64,000 nucleotides of DNA from contig CAOHYA010000001.1 in assembly GCA_948288625.1 (NCBI GenBank), positions 486,672 through 550,671 of the forward strand, in the 5' to 3' direction. Numbering within the stretch: position 1 is the first letter of the stretch; each line of letters begins with the position of its first letter. A model generated the notes under the pieces. That model saw nothing but the letters and a program-made list of their open reading frames with translations. It was not told the origin of the DNA and did no database searches. Positions 35,422 to 44,149 of the stretch are shown one piece after another. The DNA comes from an uncultured Candidatus Saccharibacteria bacterium. Lineage in GTDB: Bacteria > Patescibacteriota > Saccharimonadia > Saccharimonadales > Saccharimonadaceae. Made by a program: the position numbers and the translations under genes.

Positions 35422-36426
35422 TTAGTTAACGAAGTTTTCAACCTTAATAGCTGGGCCCATAGTCGAGCTGACGCTAATAGATTTTACGTAGCTTCCCTTG
35501 ATGCTGGTAGGCTTTTGAGCGATAAGGCTGTCGAAGAAGCTTTTGGCGTTCTCTGAGAGCTTGTCGGTACCAAAGCTCACTTTGCCGATACCAAGGTGAA
35601 CAATAGCTTGCTTGTCGACACGGTATTCAACTTTACCAGCTTTAGCTTCGGTAACGGCCTTGGCGACATCAGTAGCGACTGAACCGCTCTTAGGGTTTGG
35701 CATAAGGCCGCGTGGACCGAGCAAACGAGCGTACTTACCGAGACGTGGCATGTATTGTGGAGTCGCGATAAGGATATCGAAGTCGATTGTTTCTTTATCG
35801 AGTTGCGCCAAGAAGGTTTCGTCACCAACAACGTCAGCCCCAGCTGCTTGAGCGGCTTTGTGGTCGGCTTCAGGAGCAAATACGGCTACCTTGATAGTCT
35901 TACCGGTTCCGTGAGGAAGGCTCACGGTCGTACGGATGTTTTGGTCAGCTTGACGAGGGTCAACGCCGAGACGCACGTGGAACTCTACGGTTGCATCGAA
36001 TTTCGACGGGCTTGTTTCGGCCGCGAGTGTGATTGCTTCGGCGAGCGGGTAAAGCTTACCAGCTTCAACTTTTTCAGCTGCTTTACGGTAGTTCTTACCA
36101 CGACGTTCGATAAGAGGTCGAGTAACAGGCTTAGGGCCCTTTGAGACAGACGCTTCTTCGTCACCTGACGCAGAAGTAGTATCACCAGCTTCTTTACGAG
36201 CTTCTTTTTCAGCTTTCGCTTCAGCTTCGGCGATAGCTTTCGCACTTCGCTTACCGGCTTTCGCTGTTTTTTCTTCTGTTGGTTCAACGGCAATCGCTTC
36301 GGTGACGACAACTTCTGGCGCGCTCGCACTAGCAATAGCTGCTTCGATTTCAGCGATAGTGTTCTTGTCGCTCACTTCGAGCTTTAATTCAGCTGCTTTT
36401 TCAAGCAATTCGGCTTTTTTGGCCAT
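35422..36426 (-). CDS. rplA: 50S ribosomal protein L1 with an approximately 108-aa N-terminal extension
   Basis: The L1 core begins near RRGKNYRKAAEKVE...VSLPHGTGKTIKVAVF. The preceding extension starts with an HeH/SAP-like KKAELLEKAAELKLEVSDKNTIAEIEAAI, followed by an Ala/Glu/Lys-rich linker. Confidence 0.9.
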   Translation of the reverse strand: MAKKAELLEKAAELKLEVSDKNTIAEIEAAIASASAPEVVVTEAIAVEPTEEKTAKAGKRSAKAIAEAEAKAEKEARKEAGDTTSASGDEEASVSKGPKPVTRPLIERRGKNYRKAAEKVEAGKLYPLAEAITLAAETSPSKFDATVEFHVRLGVDPRQADQNIRTTVSLPHGTGKTIKVAVFAPEADHKAAQAAGADVVGDETFLAQLDKETIDFDILIATPQYMPRLGKYARLLGPRGLMPNPKSGSVATDVAKAVTEAKAGKVEYRVDKQAIVHLGIGKVSFGTDKLSENAKSFFDSLIAQKPTSIKGSYVKSISVSSTMGPAIKVENFVN

Positions 36427-36450
36427 AGGTATAACCCTTTCTGTGGTGCA

Positions 36451-36473
36451 AACGGCTTTCAAGGCCTCCCAGC
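36451..36473 (-). promoter_or_regulatory. Candidate L1-binding site in the rplA leader (23S rRNA L1-stalk mimic)
   Basis: The minus-strand leader reads GCUGGGAGGCCUUGAAAGCCGUU. This is close to the 23S rRNA L1-stalk sequence GGGAGGCUUUGAAG as I recall it. A TATAAT box lies about 20 nt upstream of it. Confidence 0.4.
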
Positions 36474-36585
36474 ATTGATTTGTATCTCCTTATTATAGCA
36501 CGAATAGCCAAGTTTTGCTAGAGGCAAAGCTCTGACTCCAAGAAAGTATTGCGCTCTACCTCCATTAAGCTTATGATAAACACAT

Positions 36586-38250
36586 ATGATTGACTTGAAA
36601 GATAAGCTCCAGCAGACCTCTTTTAGTGGTGAGCTGGACGACAGTGCAGAGACCAAGGAATTTTACTCACACGATGCTTCGATGTTCGAGATTGCACCAG
36701 AGCTGGTTGCGTCTCCGAAGACGGCCGAAGACGTAGTGACGTTAGTTAAGTTCGTTGCAGCTAATAAACAAAATAATCCTGAGCTTTCGCTGACTGCCCG
36801 CAGTGCCGGTACCGATATGTCGGGTGCGGCAATCAACGACTCGATCATCGTCGACTTCAACAAGCACTTGAACCAGCTTATTTCTATGGACGCCACTCAA
36901 GCTGTCGTGCAACCAGGTATGTTCTTCCGTGACTTTGACCTTGAAACGATTAAGTTCGATGCGCTTCTGCCCTCTTATCCGGCGAGCCGCGACCTATGTT
37001 CCGTCGGAGGCATGGTAAATAACAACTCTGGAGGTGAAAAGTCACTTGAGTTCGGTAAGACAGATCAATACGTTCCTGAACTTAAATTCGTTTTCGCCGA
37101 TGGCGTCGAACGTGTCGTAAAGCCTCTCACGAAAACCCAACTTATCGCTAAAATGGGCCAAAATGATTTTGAAGGTCGAGTATATAAAGACCTATTCGAG
37201 CTCATCGAAGCCAATTACGACCTTATCAAAGCCTCAAAGCCTAACGTCAGCAAAGACTCGACCGGGTATCATTTGTGGAATGTATGGGATCGTGAAACCG
37301 GTATCTTTGATCTAACGCAGGCTATCATTGGTGCGCAAGGTACCCTTGGGTTCGTGACCGAGTCAACCTTCAGGCTCGTGCCGCGTCCTAAGCACTCCGG
37401 TCTGTTGGTCCTTTTCTTACGTGATATCGACGACCTTGGTGAGCTTATCGCGACTGTCGTGAAGCACAAGCCGGCATCGTTCGAAGGCTTTGACGACCAA
37501 ACGCTGCTGTTGGCCATGAAATTCATGCCAAGCTTTCTTACCTTCCTTGGCCCGGTAAAGTTCATTCACTTGCTCTTTACGCTCATCCCAGAGGCCTTTC
37601 AAATGCTCAAGGGGATTCCGAAGCTCGTACTGATGATCGAATTTACCGCCGAAACTGAAGATGAAGTTCGTAAAAAAGTACATGCCCTGCACGGTGAGCT
37701 AAAACCCTTCCGGGCTCGATACGAAATTAACGGCTTCGAAGAAGACCCGAGCGAAGGTTCCAGTGAAAAGTTCTGGATCTTGCGCCGCCGTAGCTTCCAG
37801 TTACTCAGAAGCAAGGTGAAAGACAAGCATACCGCACCCTTCATTGACGACTTCGTGGTAAACCCTGAATACCTGCCTGAATTCTTCCCTAAAATCCGTG
37901 AAATCATTAAAAAGTATAAGTTGTTCGCGACGATTGCCGGGCACATGGGTGACGGTAACTTCCATATCATTCCACTTATGAAGCTGGAAGATCCGACTGA
38001 CCGTGCCAAGCTTGAACCGGCCATGCGTGAAGTAAATAACCTAGTGCTAAGCTACAAAGGCTCGCTCAGCGGTGAGCATAACGATGGTTTAGTCCGCGGC
38101 CCATGGTTGAAAGATATGTACGGCGAAGAAGTACTCGAGCTCTTCAAAAAGACGAAGGATATCTTTGACCCAGATCACATTTTCAATCCTCGCAAGAAAG
38201 CCAATGCCACCTGGGAATACACCTTCTCTCATATTCGCGATCACTTCTAG
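36586..38250 (+). CDS. FAD-binding oxidase (FAD-linked oxidase/GlcD-like), paralog 2
   Basis: It is colinear with 10477..12141, also 554 aa, and shares ARSAGTDMSG, GGMVNNNSGGEKS, HMGDGNFH, GEHNDG and the C-terminus DIFDPDHIFNPRKK. It sits between rplA and rplK. Confidence 0.8.
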   Translation: MIDLKDKLQQTSFSGELDDSAETKEFYSHDASMFEIAPELVASPKTAEDVVTLVKFVAANKQNNPELSLTARSAGTDMSGAAINDSIIVDFNKHLNQLISMDATQAVVQPGMFFRDFDLETIKFDALLPSYPASRDLCSVGGMVNNNSGGEKSLEFGKTDQYVPELKFVFADGVERVVKPLTKTQLIAKMGQNDFEGRVYKDLFELIEANYDLIKASKPNVSKDSTGYHLWNVWDRETGIFDLTQAIIGAQGTLGFVTESTFRLVPRPKHSGLLVLFLRDIDDLGELIATVVKHKPASFEGFDDQTLLLAMKFMPSFLTFLGPVKFIHLLFTLIPEAFQMLKGIPKLVLMIEFTAETEDEVRKKVHALHGELKPFRARYEINGFEEDPSEGSSEKFWILRRRSFQLLRSKVKDKHTAPFIDDFVVNPEYLPEFFPKIREIIKKYKLFATIAGHMGDGNFHIIPLMKLEDPTDRAKLEPAMREVNNLVLSYKGSLSGEHNDGLVRGPWLKDMYGEEVLELFKKTKDIFDPDHIFNPRKKANATWEYTFSHIRDHF

Positions 38251-38265
38251 ATAAGGATTGAACCA

Positions 38266-38300
38266 ATAAAAATACCCGCCATGACGACGGGTATTTTATT
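38266..38300. terminator. Intrinsic terminator between convergent genes
   Basis: The stem atacccg/cgggtat is flanked by aataaaa and ttttatttt. Confidence 0.5.
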
Positions 38301-38313
38301 TTGCCACAATCTT

Positions 38314-38610
38314 TTACGCGATAATATGAACGCCGTCAGGCGAGACAGTAAAGAATCCATGACGGAGACCATAATTAAGGCCGTATGAAAGCGAGGTTGA
38401 ATCGAGCGTACCCATCTTCCTCGAAAGGCTCTTGTCTATTTTGTCCATTACATCACTCACGTGCATTGGTTTGGACTGACCTGCCACGGCAAATGCTATT
38501 TCTTGGGCAATTGTTTTCATGTGTTCGATGCGTGCAATTGTCGGGAGTGTCTCGACCAGTGGTGGGGCTGCGGCAAAACGTTCATAACGATCTTCGGTAC
38601 TTTGTGCCAT
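38314..38610 (-). CDS. Hypothetical protein (98 aa)
   Basis: I prefer the start MAQSTEDRY, because the longer track ORF begins in AT-rich sequence. It lies immediately downstream of rplK. I recognise no family. Confidence 0.4.
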   Translation of the reverse strand: MAQSTEDRYERFAAAPPLVETLPTIARIEHMKTIAQEIAFAVAGQSKPMHVSDVMDKIDKSLSRKMGTLDSTSLSYGLNYGLRHGFFTVSPDGVHIIA

Positions 38611-38686
38611 ATATTGTTCCGTTCTTAGAATGATAATAAATAGAATAGTACCATACGATACTATTCTATTAGAAAAAATCAATTAT

Positions 38687-39112
38687 TTATTCGGTAACTT
38701 CAACGCCCATTGAACGAGCAGTACCAGCAATAACCTTGACGCGGCCATCAACGTCGATTGCGTTGAGTTGGTTCTTCTTGATTTCAGCGATTTCTTCAAG
38801 CTGAGCACGAGAGATTTTACCAACCTTGTCGGTGTGTGGCTTAGCGCTTCCCTTTTGAATACCCGCTTTTTCGCGGATAAGGTCGTCAACTGGTTGGCCG
38901 AGGCTGTTCCATGTGAACGTGCGGTCTTCGAACACTTGGATGTGTACGATGACGTCTTTACCCATGAGGTCTTTCGTCGCGTCGTTGAACGGGTTGATGA
39001 AGTCCATCATGTTAAGACCCCATTGACCGAGCGTAGAACCGACAGGAGGACCTGCAGTCGCACGACCGGCTGGGATACGTAGTTTCAAATTACCAATAAT
39101 TTTCTTTGCCAT
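38687..39112 (-). CDS. rplK: 50S ribosomal protein L11
   Basis: 141 aa with KLRIPAGRATAGPPVGSTLGQWGLNMMDF and a canonical L11 C-terminal domain. Confidence 0.95.
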   Translation of the reverse strand: MAKKIIGNLKLRIPAGRATAGPPVGSTLGQWGLNMMDFINPFNDATKDLMGKDVIVHIQVFEDRTFTWNSLGQPVDDLIREKAGIQKGSAKPHTDKVGKISRAQLEEIAEIKKNQLNAIDVDGRVKVIAGTARSMGVEVTE

Positions 39113-39170
39113 AAATTTCCTTAATTTGTACTAAATATAATTGAAGCGATATTTAGTGCGTAACTATACG

Positions 39171-39199
39171 ATTATAGCAGTTCTGAGGCTGCTTGTCCA
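39171..39199 (-). promoter_or_regulatory. Sigma-70-type promoter of rplK
   Basis: On the minus strand: TGGACA, a 17-bp spacer, and TATAAT. It is followed by an approximately 55-nt leader and an AAGGAA SD. Confidence 0.45.
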
Positions 39200-39210
39200 G
39201 AGGTGGAGTG

Positions 39211-39579
39211 CTAGCGATGGATTATTGACATAGCCAGTTCGAACAGTTTGCGGTCAGTTTCGGTAATAAGGGGATGAGATCTGAGTGCATCTTCTATCTT
39301 CGCTTGGCTAATGAAGAATTCGCTTTTATCAAGTTTTGATCTGCGAGGTTGAGCTAAATATGTCATGGTCGGGGCACCTTCGATGCCTAAGGTAGGCAAT
39401 GCGTAGTCGATGTGTACAAGCATGTTATGTTTATTACCGATTCTATAAGCGGTACTTTCATACTTTTCCTTTTCATCGCGGCGAGCTTCTCGGAGCAACC
39501 CCTCTGGTGGAATATAAAGAGCGCTTTCTTTGTGAAGAATAACAGACACGTCGCCATAAAGTGATTCTGGTGAAGGCAT
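39211..39579 (-). CDS. Hypothetical protein (122 aa) inserted between nusG and rplK
   Basis: A clean ORF. TATAGT lies 8 nt upstream of the ATG, overlapping the T-run of the nusG terminator. I recognise no family. Confidence 0.45.
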   Translation of the reverse strand: MPSPESLYGDVSVILHKESALYIPPEGLLREARRDEKEKYESTAYRIGNKHNMLVHIDYALPTLGIEGAPTMTYLAQPRRSKLDKSEFFISQAKIEDALRSHPLITETDRKLFELAMSIIHR

Positions 39580-39641
39580 TTCATGTCACTATAAAAGAAG
39601 GCTTCACATAAGTAAAGCCTTCTTTTTAATGTACTGGTAAA

Positions 39642-40187
39642 CTACACTTTCTTAACTTGTAGCGCGTCGAGCTCGACTGAAGTGTCACGGCCGAACATGC
39701 TGACCATAACTTTGACCTTACCTTTTTGGTTGTCGATTTCAGAGATTGAGCCATCGAAGCCTTTGAAAGGACCGTCGGTAATGCTGACAACTTCGCCTTC
39801 CTGGAAGTCGATGAAGTGCTTAGGGTCTTCGACACCCATACGCTTCTTGATCTTACGGATCTCGTCGTCAGACACGGGAGTTGGCTGAGTACTTGTACCT
39901 ACGAAGCCAGTAACACCAGGAGTGTTTCGTACGATGTACCAGGTTTCATCGGTTAGTTTCATTTCAACCAGGGCATACCCTTGGAAAATTTTCTTTTCTA
40001 CTACCTTACGTTTACCGTTTTTGATTTCAATTTGCTTTTCCTTTGGCACCATGACGTCGAAAATTTTGTCAGCCATGTCGACGGCATTAATACGTTGACG
40101 AATACTGTCGGCTACTTTTTCCTCGTACCCACTGTAAGTGTGGATGGCGTACCATTGGCGAGATGAGTCATATCGATTATTAGACAT
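39642..40187 (-). CDS. nusG: Transcription termination/antitermination factor NusG
   Basis: The NGN domain (WYAIHTYSGYEEKV) and the KOW motif (GEVVSITDGPFKGFDGSISEID). A terminator hairpin lies at about 39596-39630. Confidence 0.95.
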   Translation of the reverse strand: MSNNRYDSSRQWYAIHTYSGYEEKVADSIRQRINAVDMADKIFDVMVPKEKQIEIKNGKRKVVEKKIFQGYALVEMKLTDETWYIVRNTPGVTGFVGTSTQPTPVSDDEIRKIKKRMGVEDPKHFIDFQEGEVVSITDGPFKGFDGSISEIDNQKGKVKVMVSMFGRDTSVELDALQVKKV

Positions 40188-40199
40188 TATAATTCCTTA

Positions 40200-40532
40200 T
40201 TAATTAATCATTAATTCAAAAATAAATTTAAAGAAGGCATCGAGTAGCAAAATAACCACGACGAAGAAGATGCTAAACAGAATAACTGCCAGCGTAAGAC
40301 CCCAGGTTGCTTTGCGTGTCGGCCAGCGAACTTGCTTTAGCTCAAGCCAGGCACCTTTGAAATACCCACCAATGCCGTAAAGTGCTTTCGTGAACCAATT
40401 TTTTGGTTCTTTGGCTTGCTTTACTTTTTTGGTTGCTTTGACCGCTTTCGTGCCGGCACTTTTTTTAGCAGCGCTTTTGGCGGGTGCCGAATCAGTTGCC
40501 TTGATGCGAGTGACGTTTTTAGACTCTGCCAC
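40200..40532 (-). CDS. secE: Preprotein translocase subunit SecE with a Lys/Ala-rich N-terminal extension
   Basis: The C-terminal LKQVRWPTRKATWGLTLAVILFSIFFVVVILLLD matches the SecE TM signature, and the secE-nusG order is conserved. Confidence 0.8.
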   Translation of the reverse strand: MAESKNVTRIKATDSAPAKSAAKKSAGTKAVKATKKVKQAKEPKNWFTKALYGIGGYFKGAWLELKQVRWPTRKATWGLTLAVILFSIFFVVVILLLDAFFKFIFELMIN

Positions 40533-40543
40533 TTTTTCCTCCC

Positions 40544-40570
40544 AAAATAAAAAGTCTGCTTCTGCAGACT
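40544..40570 (-). terminator. Intrinsic terminator after the PAS histidine kinase gene
   Basis: The stem agtctgc/gcagact with a 4-nt loop is followed on the minus strand by ttttatttt. Confidence 0.55.
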
Positions 40571-40610
40571 GTCAAGTCAACTATACACCATCAGTAGTAA
40601 AACGTCAATG

Positions 40611-42236
40611 TTAGTGCGTTGGTAACTCGAAGCTGAATGATGAGCCGTGGTTAAGCCGACTCTTTAGTTCGATGGTGGTGCGAAGCTTGTGCGCAAGCTT
40701 GCTGGATACATACAAGCCAAGCCCGGTTCCGTTCGTTTCGCGAATACGATAATCTTCGCTTCGATAGAACTTATTGAATACTTTCACTTGGTCGCCACGG
40801 CTCATCCCGATGCCGGTATCCTTGATCGAAAAGCGTACGGTATCTTTAACGCGTTTCGCTTGGAGCGTGACGCTTCCCTCTTTCGTATATTTCAGCGCGT
40901 TGGTTATGAAGTTTTGTAATAATTCTTCTAGGTAAAGACGGCTGGCGGTGACGGTACCGAGCTTCGTGCCTAAATCGATGTCCAGGTGAAGTTTACGGAT
41001 TTCGGCTTCATCCTGATACTTATGGTGAAGCGTATGAAGCAATTCGGCCACGTCGATGTCTTCGGTCGCGTCGCCTACGCCACGTTCGGCACGCGATAAG
41101 GTACTCAAGTCGTTTACCATTTTTGCCAAGTACATCACTTGGTCGTGGGCGGTCGTAATCGAACTCACGAGCGTGTCGGGGTCAGCTGTTTTCGAGCGTT
41201 TGATCAATACATCTAAGTTCGAGAGCGTCCCTTCGACGATCGTGATAGGCGTTCGAAGCTCATGGCTCACGACGCTAATGAATTCATCACGCTCTTCTTC
41301 AAGGCTTTTTTGCTTCGTAATATCGCGGATAATGACGATATAGCCACCTTGCTCCTCGCCTTTTTTGTGAGAACTGTACGAACTTCTGATAGGAGCGGAC
41401 GTAATTTCTAAGCGAACAGTTTCTCCGTCGCTGTATGTGTGGATGAGGTCGTCACGTCTAGTCGTCTTTTTGGATTCTTTCAAGAACGTAAAGAGGTCGG
41501 CCGGCTTCTGGTTAGCGTCGGTCAAGCTGAATAACGAACCGATATTTTTGCCTTTGATGCTGTCATTCGTATCCAATAAGTCGAGCGAAGCGGCGTTATA
41601 CATAAGAATCTTTCCCTTTTCGTTGGTGCTGAATGCGGCATCGGTCAAATTATTTATGATCGTGAGAATTCGATCGTATTGCAAGCGTTCACGAGCCTGG
41701 CTATGGAGCAGTGTTTTGCGACGAGTTTCTTGGGCGGTGATCAACCCGACCGTAGTGATGCCGAGGAAGACGATCGCAGCCACGCTTACCAAAGTTTCGT
41801 ATTGCATCGTAGGGTTATCGCCGAAACGAACGAATGCGTCCAAAAGCGCCACGACGATCAGCGAGCCTAGGCTGGCGATAAAAGCTTTTCGCCCGAAGCT
41901 TAAGTTCGTAGCGATGAATAGTAGTACGAATAGCATCGCGAAGGGCTGGGCAAAACCAATGATAAACACCAGCGTCGCAAGGGCGATAAGGTGAAAATTG
42001 ATCAACCGGCATATTCGAGCCGTTCGAGTATGTGTCGGTACGAAAAAATAATAGGTACTGACAGCGATCCAGGTCAGCGAAAGAACGATCGTGATGAATG
42101 GGCCGGCATAATGATCACTGGTAATGACGCCGAATGCGATCAAAAAGCTATAAAGCGCAATAACGATCGTCGAAAGAAGACCGACGTAGCGCATAGCCCT
42201 GTCGGATGCTTGAGTGAATGTAAGACCCTCTTCCAT
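40611..42236 (-). CDS. Membrane sensor histidine kinase with PAS domain (no adjacent regulator)
   Basis: About 6 N-terminal TM segments, a PAS-like segment, H-box SHELRTPI, N-box NALKYT and G-box GTGLGLYVS. Confidence 0.85.
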   Translation of the reverse strand: MEEGLTFTQASDRAMRYVGLLSTIVIALYSFLIAFGVITSDHYAGPFITIVLSLTWIAVSTYYFFVPTHTRTARICRLINFHLIALATLVFIIGFAQPFAMLFVLLFIATNLSFGRKAFIASLGSLIVVALLDAFVRFGDNPTMQYETLVSVAAIVFLGITTVGLITAQETRRKTLLHSQARERLQYDRILTIINNLTDAAFSTNEKGKILMYNAASLDLLDTNDSIKGKNIGSLFSLTDANQKPADLFTFLKESKKTTRRDDLIHTYSDGETVRLEITSAPIRSSYSSHKKGEEQGGYIVIIRDITKQKSLEEERDEFISVVSHELRTPITIVEGTLSNLDVLIKRSKTADPDTLVSSITTAHDQVMYLAKMVNDLSTLSRAERGVGDATEDIDVAELLHTLHHKYQDEAEIRKLHLDIDLGTKLGTVTASRLYLEELLQNFITNALKYTKEGSVTLQAKRVKDTVRFSIKDTGIGMSRGDQVKVFNKFYRSEDYRIRETNGTGLGLYVSSKLAHKLRTTIELKSRLNHGSSFSFELPTH

Positions 42237-42285
42237 AAGTGCTTATGATTATAGCGGCTTCGTTGTAATTTGTATATCGTGCTGT

Positions 42286-42975
42286 TTAAATCGAGGGCGC
42301 TTCTGCTTTAAGTAACTTACGGTGTTGCTTATAGCGTGGATCACCTTGCTGCACAAGGTTCCAAAAATCTTGGCTATGGTTCATTTGGCGCGTATGAGCA
42401 AGCTCGTGAACGAGCACGTAGTCGATAAGTTCGAACGGTAATTTCATAAGGGCGATGTTGAGGCTTATGGTACCAGTGCTGCTGCAGCTTCCCCACCGGC
42501 CACTGGCATGAGAAAAGCGAACCCTTTCGTACGAAAAACCTAGTTGATTGGCGAGAAAAGCCAGCCGTTTCGGCAAATAGCTTTTTGCTTCGACACGCAA
42601 AGCAGCGATGACAGCATCTCTTACGATACAAATGACATCCGAATCGGTAAGGGCTTTCGTAGCTGGCAACTCGACAATAATATGTTGACCTCTTGCTTTG
42701 GCAGATAACCGTGACGAAGGCTTGACGATTATCGTATGGCTCTTGCCGATTTGCTGGCCGTCCTTGAATTCGGTATTTGGTTGAGATTGTTCGAGCAACT
42801 CCCGAAGCTCTTGCCGCGACGTTTTCAGTAATCGTTTGAGTAAGAAGAGTGGCGCATACATCGGCATCGAAGCACGTAACGTGCCGTCAGGTGCTACGCG
42901 GAGTCGTACTTGTGTCGCTTTGGCACTTCTCCGAACTGTTATTTTGCCAAATTCTTGATCCTCGATGATTGGCAT
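42286..42975 (-). CDS. M48-family/DUF45 (YgjP-like) metal-dependent hydrolase
   Basis: The C-terminal HELAHTRQMNHSQDFW contains the HExxH zinc motif typical of DUF45. Confidence 0.75.
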   Translation of the reverse strand: MPIIEDQEFGKITVRRSAKATQVRLRVAPDGTLRASMPMYAPLFLLKRLLKTSRQELRELLEQSQPNTEFKDGQQIGKSHTIIVKPSSRLSAKARGQHIIVELPATKALTDSDVICIVRDAVIAALRVEAKSYLPKRLAFLANQLGFSYERVRFSHASGRWGSCSSTGTISLNIALMKLPFELIDYVLVHELAHTRQMNHSQDFWNLVQQGDPRYKQHRKLLKAEAPSI

Positions 42976-42983
42976 AGCAGTAG

Positions 42984-43550
42984 CTACCGAACCACGATGT
43001 TGCCAGGCTGGCGTGGACTTGGAGGAGTTATATGAGTTTCCGGACGACTCCCGGCAAGTTGCTTAAGCACGACCTTCAGCTGCGTCGCGTAAGTGTGCTT
43101 ACCACTAATCACAACCGCCTTTTCCTGTGCCGTCGGCGCGTTGAAGTGTTTGTACACTTTATCGAATTCAGGGTCGCTTAAACCTGAGCCGTTAGGGAGC
43201 GGTTTCATAGCTCGGCGCTTGGCTTCGTAAGGGTCGGTTTGCACCCACACGATCAATGGCCGATAACCGGCTTTCGTGACGGTCGCAACTAATTGAGTTC
43301 TCTTTGTTTTCGTAAGCTTGACCGCTTCGATCAAGAATGTTTTGTCGATTTTAAGAATTTCACCTAATAAAACCGCCGATACGGCTTCGGTTTGCTCGTC
43401 GGAAAGATTGGCTTCGTAAGCTATCCTCGATTCATTGATGATAGGCGCTTTAAATGTGTCGGCGAAATGCTCGGCGAAAGTGCTTTTTCCGGAACCAGGG
43501 ATACCCACCATAATGATTGCATGCGGACTCGCAGGGGTGATCGGCTTCAT
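42984..43550 (-). CDS. P-loop kinase-like ATPase (AAA_33/polynucleotide kinase-like)
   Basis: The Walker A motif MVGIPGSGKSTFAEHF lies at the N-terminus, and the 188-aa size is typical of small nucleotide or polynucleotide kinases. Confidence 0.55.
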   Translation of the reverse strand: MKPITPASPHAIIMVGIPGSGKSTFAEHFADTFKAPIINESRIAYEANLSDEQTEAVSAVLLGEILKIDKTFLIEAVKLTKTKRTQLVATVTKAGYRPLIVWVQTDPYEAKRRAMKPLPNGSGLSDPEFDKVYKHFNAPTAQEKAVVISGKHTYATQLKVVLKQLAGSRPETHITPPSPRQPGNIVVR

Positions 43551-43598
43551 ATAAGATAGTATACCAAAATTTCGTAAGGTGTTGTACTGGCGAGGCGC

Positions 43599-44144
43599 TT
43601 ATTGGGGCTTTGAGTTGTCCTGAACGGTCGTTTGTACGTTGACGGTATTTGTCTTGCCGTTTCCGCCGGGTAGGTCGTCGCTCCTTAGGTCGGTGTATTT
43701 CGTTTGCGCTTCACCAGGCTCATGAGATCGTACCTTCAGGTACCCTATCGTGCCGGCACCAATAAGCAGAAATAGAAGAAAACTTATGAGAATAGGTTTT
43801 TTATATGATCGCTTTTGCCTTACGATAGGTACGCTTGTCAGAGGCGCCGGTTCGGCGCTTAGCACGTCGGCGACACCAGGCTCGGCCTCTACGTCTCTGT
43901 CGTTCGATGCTTCAAGTTGTCGTTGGCGAACGGCTTCGAACCCTTGAGGAGCAATCGTTTCATCTTCAACCGTTTCGGACTGTATTTCGTCGATGGTAGG
44001 TACGGCAGCGAAATCGGGTTCACCCTCGATGGTTTTCGACAAGCTGACGGTGCTCCCTTCGGCTTCGATCGCCTCGATGACCTTCAAGGCGTCTTCGTCT
44101 TCCTTTGAGGACGCATCCTCTATTTGATTTTTGTTCGGGTTCAT
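43599..44144 (-). CDS. Hypothetical acidic protein with a single TM helix
   Basis: An acidic N-terminal half, the TM PILISFLLFLLIGAGTIGYL and a short C-terminal tail. Confidence 0.5.
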   Translation of the reverse strand: MNPNKNQIEDASSKEDEDALKVIEAIEAEGSTVSLSKTIEGEPDFAAVPTIDEIQSETVEDETIAPQGFEAVRQRQLEASNDRDVEAEPGVADVLSAEPAPLTSVPIVRQKRSYKKPILISFLLFLLIGAGTIGYLKVRSHEPGEAQTKYTDLRSDDLPGGNGKTNTVNVQTTVQDNSKPQ

Positions 44145-44149
44145 TAAAA

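Noticed and set aside
7445-37636. Other CUGAUGA heptamers (7445, 12329, 13169, 22230, 37630 on the plus strand, plus a few on the minus strand) as possible additional hammerheads.
   Set aside because: None is followed by a short helix II hairpin plus GAA, and none has the flanking helix I and III complementarity. All lie inside coding sequence.
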